Below are positions 27,693-32,000 of a stretch of 32,000 bases of DNA, one piece after another. The stretch's first letter is position 1, and each line of letters opens with the position of its first letter. Made by a program: the position numbers and the translations under genes. The notes beneath the pieces are model-generated. The model worked only from the letters and a program-made list of their open reading frames with translations, made no database searches and was not told where the DNA came from. Source of the stretch: Ruminococcus albus 7 = DSM 20455 (GTDB lineage: Bacteria; Bacillota; Clostridia; Oscillospirales; Ruminococcaceae); assembly GCF_000179635.2 (NCBI RefSeq), contig NC_014833.1, positions 1,530,001 to 1,562,000 on the forward strand, written 5' to 3'.

Positions 27693-28808
27693 ATGAAAAA
27701 CATCGCAAGATTTATCGCTTTTACAGCAGCTGTTTACCTGACATTTACTGCCTGCGGAACAACAGAAGGTAATCAGACCAAGGAAAAACCGACTAGTGCC
27801 GAAACATCGGCTGTTATTACAGAAGCAGCTGAAACTTCTGAAAAGGAAGAAATCGAGACTGAAGCCCCAAAAGAAACGACGTCTGCCAAAATATCCGAAA
27901 CAGAACCGACACAGGACAGAGTTCACCTTGACTACGGTGATGAGGAAGCATTTGAAGCTGCTCTTAATTCGGGCGATGATCTTAACGGAAAAACTGTAAG
28001 TATTATAGCTCAGGAACTTCATCCGGAATCAATATACGGTTACAATATCTGGGCTGGTATTCATCTTAATTTTGTTTCACCGGATGACCCGAATGTTCAA
28101 GTCGGTGATGTTCTGACAGTCAGGATAACAAACGCTGAACTTGTCGATCAATCGTGGATAATCAGGTACGATATGGTTGAAAATGCAGTTGAGGACGAAT
28201 ATACAATCACAGCGGAAAATCTTCCCGAAACTAATGAAGAACCCGAAGAAGACACGCCTAATGCTTATGAGAGCAATAAGTATTACGAAATAATCGATGC
28301 AGCAAGCTGGATAAATTCTATCGTGAACACGGTGATAGTTCACAAGATACAGGCAAAACAGGATGTTTCGATCTCAGCTTCTCTGATCGCATATTAGGAA
28401 GACGGAAGCGTTGTCGGCAAAGGCAGTGATGATATCACGCTGACAAAGGGGCAGGTGAACTATTTTGAATATCACTTTAGCGGAGATATTTCCGGCACGA
28501 AGCTTCGTGCTAATGCTACTGCAAAGAGTGACGGGCTTTTCACAGGGGCACGTAATGTGGTAGAACTTGTACAATGTGACACTGCCGGCGAAGAAGTTTT
28601 TCTTACTTTCAAACAGACGGCAGACGAGTTGGGCGGTTTTGCAAAATTCAAGCTGCTTCTCTATAAAGACGATCAGATCGTCGGAACTAAAGATGGGCAT
28701 TTCGATGTTTATGCAAAAAATCTTAATGGCAAAGGAGCTACTGATGTGGCTGATATAACGGTTTATGAAACAGATTTCGACAGGGTCGAAGTTATCATTG
28801 AACCATAA
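27693..28808 (+). pseudogene. putative secreted lipoprotein interrupted by an in-frame TAG (28395..28397)
   Basis: The signal peptide plus lipobox is MKNIARFIAFTAAVYLTFTAC. GGAGG lies 7 nt upstream of the ATG at 27693. The track ORFs 27687..28397 and 28455..28808 are in the same frame and are separated only by one TAG. The frame stays open from 28398. Confidence 0.7.
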
Positions 28809-28814
28809 ATATGG

Positions 28815-28850
28815 AAAAACAGCACTCGGGATAATTCCGGGTGCTGTTTT
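28815..28850. terminator. bidirectional Rho-independent terminator
   Basis: CAGCACTCGG / CCGGGTGCTG 10-bp stem, flanked by AAAAA on the 5' side and TTTT on the 3' side. Confidence 0.8.
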
Positions 28851-28960
28851 ATATATCCGTTGGTTGTCAGCTTGGTGTGACGGTTAACGATACTGTAAAG
28901 GCGGCAGGCTACCATTAGTTCGTTACGGGACAGCTCCAGCAGTTTATTTGGTATTTTCAT
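28851..28960 (-). pseudogene. truncated gene: N-terminal ~36 aa of a helix-turn-helix type protein
   Basis: GAGGTG SD and ATG at 28960. MKIPNKLLELSRNELMVACRLYSIVNR resembles the N-termini of phage/plasmid winged-helix proteins. The frame then runs straight into the terminator hairpin at 28815..28850. Confidence 0.35.
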
Positions 28961-28987
28961 TTTACACCTCGATTAATTATTTTTGCA

Positions 28988-29024
28988 AATAAAAAACGGT
29001 AGACAGGTGGTATCTGTCTACCGT
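28988..29024 (-). terminator. Rho-independent terminator of the RHH gene
   Basis: ACGGTAGACAG gtggtat CTGTCTACCGT, with a T-run on the minus strand (AATAAAAAA on the plus strand). Confidence 0.8.
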
Positions 29025-29027
29025 TTA

Positions 29028-29237
29028 TTATACAGTATTAAATACTGTATGCCAAGAGTTTTCCTCAATATATTTATCTACAAATTCTTTGAATAGAGCA
29101 TTGGGAGTTGTATTATTTTTATACGCAAGTTCTTTAAACTTAGCAGCCTTTTCTTTCCGAAGTCTGACTGCTAGATTAGTTAAGTTCTCTTTGCCACATT
29201 TGATGTCGGCTTTCTGATGAGCTTCTGAAACAGCCAT
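29028..29237 (-). CDS. ribbon-helix-helix (CopG/Arc-like) DNA-binding protein
   Basis: 69 aa. NLAVRLRKEKAAKFKELAYKNNTTPNALFKEFVDKYI fits a beta-strand/helix/helix RHH layout. GGAGGTG SD. Confidence 0.6.
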   Translation of the reverse strand: MAVSEAHQKADIKCGKENLTNLAVRLRKEKAAKFKELAYKNNTTPNALFKEFVDKYIEENSWHTVFNTV

Positions 29238-29259
29238 TGTGTCACCTCCGGTTTAAATA

Positions 29260-30868
29260 GTCTCTCCTCAACAAGCCTCTAAAATCCACGGCATACCGGC
29301 TGGCGATATGAGAAGCGAATATTTATCACTATTTTCCAGAAGCGTAAAAGCATCGCCGCCAGGCGGTCGATGTTCATTGCGATGACGCTGAGAACTATCG
29401 ATGCTCTTGTTGTGTCTTCTCTTTTTGTGAGCAGCAGACCAAGACCGAATTTGCGCTTTGCAAGACTGAACTTACGCTCCACTTCGATCCTGTCGGTATT
29501 ATCTTTATATGCTGCCTTCTTTTCAGCCTTGCTGTCGGCGTCATTCTTCGGTCTTCCGAGTTTTTTGCCTGAAATACGTATGCCGTGACCGCTGCAAAAC
29601 GAGATGTTTTCACGGTTGCGATATATCTGATCAACAAGAACTCGCTCCGGATAATGACCTGTGCGCTGCTTGTAGTTTTCAATTGCTGTTTTCAGAACTG
29701 CACTTTCGTTGTAAGCATTAAAGGATAGCTTCTCGATCCTGCACATCCCGGTCTCATCAACTGACAGATCGAGCTTAGCTCCAAACTCAACAGGAGATTT
29801 TGCTTTACCTCTTACGATCGGTCGGATGTACGGCTGGCTGATGCTGACAATACGGTCTTCAACAGAATGAGTGTTGCTTTCAAACATATACCGCTGCTGA
29901 TCGTAAACGGTCATGAGAATATCAAGAAGCTCCTTATCGGAAACGGACAGCACAACGCCGTTGTTTTCGATAAGATTATCGATATATCCAAGGTCACGGC
30001 GAATATATTGAAGCTGCTTTTTGATCGCTTTTCTGATCTTTTTCGCACCGCGCTTTCTGCATTTGGCAAGTGCAAGATAGTCTTTTCTTGCCTTTTGATG
30101 GTACATTCTCGGTCTGTAAAATCCGTATTTATCGGAGACTCTGCACAGCATATCTTCAAGCTTTTCACGAACTTCATTCAGCAGCTCAATGTCCTGAGGA
30201 TACTTGATATTCTGCGGCGCACAGGTCGCATCAAGGATCAGTGTGCCAGAGTTTTCAGTTTTTTCTTCGGAATCATTTGCTGGATCTTGCTGATCGGGCT
30301 GACCTCCGTTTCCACTCACGTCATCAGAATCGTCATTGTCTTGCTGCGAGTTGTACTCGATGATCATTTCATTGATCTCGTTGAGAACATCCTCCGATAG
30401 TCTTTTGCGGAATTCCACGAGAAGCGAAGGTACGAACGGAATCTTATCCTCATATCCGGGCAGCCCGATGAAATACTGGTAGTACGGGTTCTCTCTGATC
30501 TGTTCGACGAGTTCTTCGTCCGGATAATGATATTGCTTCTGTATCAACAGCGAACCGAGTGCCATGCGGAGAGGCTTTGCGGGCATACCGGTATGGCTCG
30601 GGAACAGCCTGGCATATTCAGCTTCAATTGTTTCCCAAGGGATCATTTCTGCTTTCTTTACCCAGCGGTTATCCGGGTTCATTTGCAAACCAAGCGGTTG
30701 ATTGAAATCTGTGAATGAAATCTGTTTTTCTTTCTTGAACTTATACATGGCATCCTCCGAAGTGCAAGCTTTTTTCTCGTTTTGATTACTTTTTCTTGCA
30801 CTTCTATTATACCATATTGGGTTGGATTTGTCGATATTTCGTCGCTTTATTGCTGTGTGAGGAGAGAC
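29260..30868 (-). mobile_element. IS1182/IS5-like insertion sequence (1609 bp)
   Basis: Perfect 11-bp terminal inverted repeats: GTCTCTCCTCA (29260..29270) and TGAGGAGAGAC (30858..30868). A 6-bp direct repeat, TAAATA, flanks both sides (29254..29259 and 30869..30874). One transposase gene inside. Confidence 0.85.
29279..30748 (-). CDS. IS1182/IS5-family DDE transposase
   Basis: 489 aa. The N-terminal InsH-like domain is ISFTDFNQPLGLQMNPDNRWVKKAEMIPWETIEAEYARLF. There is an acidic linker and a C-terminal DDE region. Confidence 0.88.
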   Translation of the reverse strand: MYKFKKEKQISFTDFNQPLGLQMNPDNRWVKKAEMIPWETIEAEYARLFPSHTGMPAKPLRMALGSLLIQKQYHYPDEELVEQIRENPYYQYFIGLPGYEDKIPFVPSLLVEFRKRLSEDVLNEINEMIIEYNSQQDNDDSDDVSGNGGQPDQQDPANDSEEKTENSGTLILDATCAPQNIKYPQDIELLNEVREKLEDMLCRVSDKYGFYRPRMYHQKARKDYLALAKCRKRGAKKIRKAIKKQLQYIRRDLGYIDNLIENNGVVLSVSDKELLDILMTVYDQQRYMFESNTHSVEDRIVSISQPYIRPIVRGKAKSPVEFGAKLDLSVDETGMCRIEKLSFNAYNESAVLKTAIENYKQRTGHYPERVLVDQIYRNRENISFCSGHGIRISGKKLGRPKNDADSKAEKKAAYKDNTDRIEVERKFSLAKRKFGLGLLLTKREDTTRASIVLSVIAMNIDRLAAMLLRFWKIVINIRFSYRQPVCRGF

Positions 30869-30893
30869 TAAATAGATTGTTATACGGTGATAG

Positions 30894-31499
30894 TCACCTC
30901 AGATCGTTGATGTCAAATGCTGTGTAGCCCTCATAGTAATAGCTGGTGTCAATGCCTTTCATGAATACTTCACGATCTTCTGTTTTATCTGTAAGGGCAT
31001 TTTTGAGCAGTATATTTATCTCTGTAGAGCGAATAGGACTTCTCTCCATAGCAAGTAGATAGTCCTCCTTATCTATTAAGCTCCAGTCAACGACTTTTTT
31101 CAGTTCGTTCTTGAAAATGTGGTCGAGCCATATCCTTGTTGCTCTTCCGTTTCCCTCACGGAATGGGTGACAGATATTCATCTCAACGTATTTTGCAACG
31201 ATATCATCAAAAGTTGTTTGCGGCATCTGTTCTACTGTTTTCAATGACTGATCCAGATACATAACAGGTGCAAAACGAAAACTGCCTTTTGCGATATTCA
31301 CGGTGCGGATCTTTCCTGCAAAGTAGTAAATATCCTCAAAAAGTGTTTTATTGATGAACATGAGTGTATCAATTGTACCTGCCTTTTTTGTGGCAAGCAT
31401 ATTCTGTTCAAATAGTGTAATTGCTTTCTGTTTTGAAATGCGTTCTTCTTCTCTTGCCAGCTCCGCCGAGCTTTGTGCATTTATCTTATTTTCAAGCAT
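30894..31499 (-). CDS. fic: Fic family protein (AMPylase-type, class III architecture)
   Basis: 201 aa. Fic active-site motif HPFREGNGRATR. The C-terminal SYYYEG matches the auto-inhibitory (S/T)xxxE(G/N) motif. Confidence 0.9.
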   Translation of the reverse strand: MLENKINAQSSAELAREEERISKQKAITLFEQNMLATKKAGTIDTLMFINKTLFEDIYYFAGKIRTVNIAKGSFRFAPVMYLDQSLKTVEQMPQTTFDDIVAKYVEMNICHPFREGNGRATRIWLDHIFKNELKKVVDWSLIDKEDYLLAMERSPIRSTEINILLKNALTDKTEDREVFMKGIDTSYYYEGYTAFDINDLR

Positions 31500-31549
31500 T
31501 ATTGCACCTCTTCGTGATCCGTGAGCAAGGTATTTCCTATTTCTATTAT

Positions 31550-31578
31550 AGTATATCCGAAACAGGAGTGTTTGTCAA
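31550..31578 (-). promoter_or_regulatory. promoter of fic
   Basis: On the minus strand: TTGACA (31578..31573), 17 nt, TATACT (31555..31550). Confidence 0.55.
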
Positions 31579-31921
31579 CCCATTACACATTGTGAGCGTT
31601 ATCTATGTGCTTACGTATTTCTTCACGCTCTGTCATATCCAGCTTGCCGCGCCTGATAGTCATTTTTATTATTTTTTCGACTTCGCTCAGATTATTGTTT
31701 TTATACTCGTTAGTGAACTGTCCTCCCGACAGATATCCTCTGTTTTTATATATTCACGGAGATACTCTGAATAAGCTTCTGATAGGGCAGATAATAATAT
31801 ATGGTGGTATATGATGTGTTGAATGGATATACGTATATTGTATATAGAGCTCATATACAATTTTGTTAAGATACTACAACAACGAAAGATATATTTTGGT
31901 AATATTTCGTGAATGGCGGGG

Positions 31922-31950
31922 TTGACAAGCATGTATATGTCTGATATAAT
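31922..31950 (+). promoter_or_regulatory. consensus promoter for the gene starting at the window edge
   Basis: TTGACA (31922..31927), 17 nt, TGaTATAAT (31945..31950). Confidence 0.6.
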
Positions 31951-31990
31951 GTATATATCAAATATATACGCATGAAGGTGAGTACTCATT

Positions 31991-32000
31991 ATGGATATAA
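31991..32000 (+). CDS. 5' end of an unidentified gene (partial)
   Basis: The ATG at 31991 lies 8 nt after GAAGGTGAG and about 35 nt after the predicted transcription start. Only 3 codons are visible. Confidence 0.3.

Noticed and set aside
27431-27772. 113-aa plus-strand ORF with a GTG start
   Set aside because: It runs through the c-di-GMP aptamer, its terminator and two SD-led starts in other frames. It is not a plausible gene.
28395-28397. In-frame TAG as pyrrolysine or programmed readthrough
   Set aside because: No pyl genes or PYLIS-like context are visible, and I am not aware of this lineage using pyrrolysine. A nonsense mutation in a decaying islet is the simpler explanation.
31687-31989. 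100-aa minus-strand ORF
   Set aside because: The N-terminal two thirds are AT-rich, low-complexity sequence running across the plus-strand consensus promoter at 31922..31950. Only its C-terminal part is discussed, as a possible frameshifted remnant.

Overview
The window looks like chromosomal DNA from a low-GC Gram-positive anaerobe. From memory the 16S is Ruminococcus-like, which I could not verify. It has three parts.

(1) 1..17.7 kb is a housekeeping region. It holds a 2x[4Fe-4S] ferredoxin, a THF riboswitch in front of folC, an EF-G paralogue, and a cation/H+ antiporter with a terminator-containing leader. It also holds a two-gene phosphonate cassette (triple-domain nucleotidyltransferase/cytidylyltransferase/PEP mutase plus phosphonopyruvate decarboxylase) and an alpha/beta hydrolase. 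Adenosine deaminase follows, translationally coupled to an ABC exporter pair, then a DUF1846 protein and a metallophosphoesterase.

(2) 17.7..23.8 kb is a complete rrn operon with four tandem consensus promoters: 16S, tRNA-Ala, tRNA-Ile, 23S, 5S, tRNA-Lys, tRNA-Glu, tRNA-Met, tRNA-Trp.

(3) 23.8..32 kb is a decayed accessory islet next to the tRNA tail.
- It starts with about 740 bp of ORF-free, helix-rich DNA fed by a consensus promoter. This is a candidate large ncRNA and my top finding.
- Next is a tyrosine integrase split by an IS256-family element.
- A c-di-GMP-I riboswitch precedes a lipoprotein gene that carries an in-frame amber codon.
- The rest is a truncated HTH gene, an RHH gene, an IS1182/IS5-like element and a class III Fic protein.

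No CRISPR array was seen. Most promoters called here match TTGACA-17-(TGn)TATAAT almost perfectly. All family assignments come from motif recognition by eye. No searches were run.
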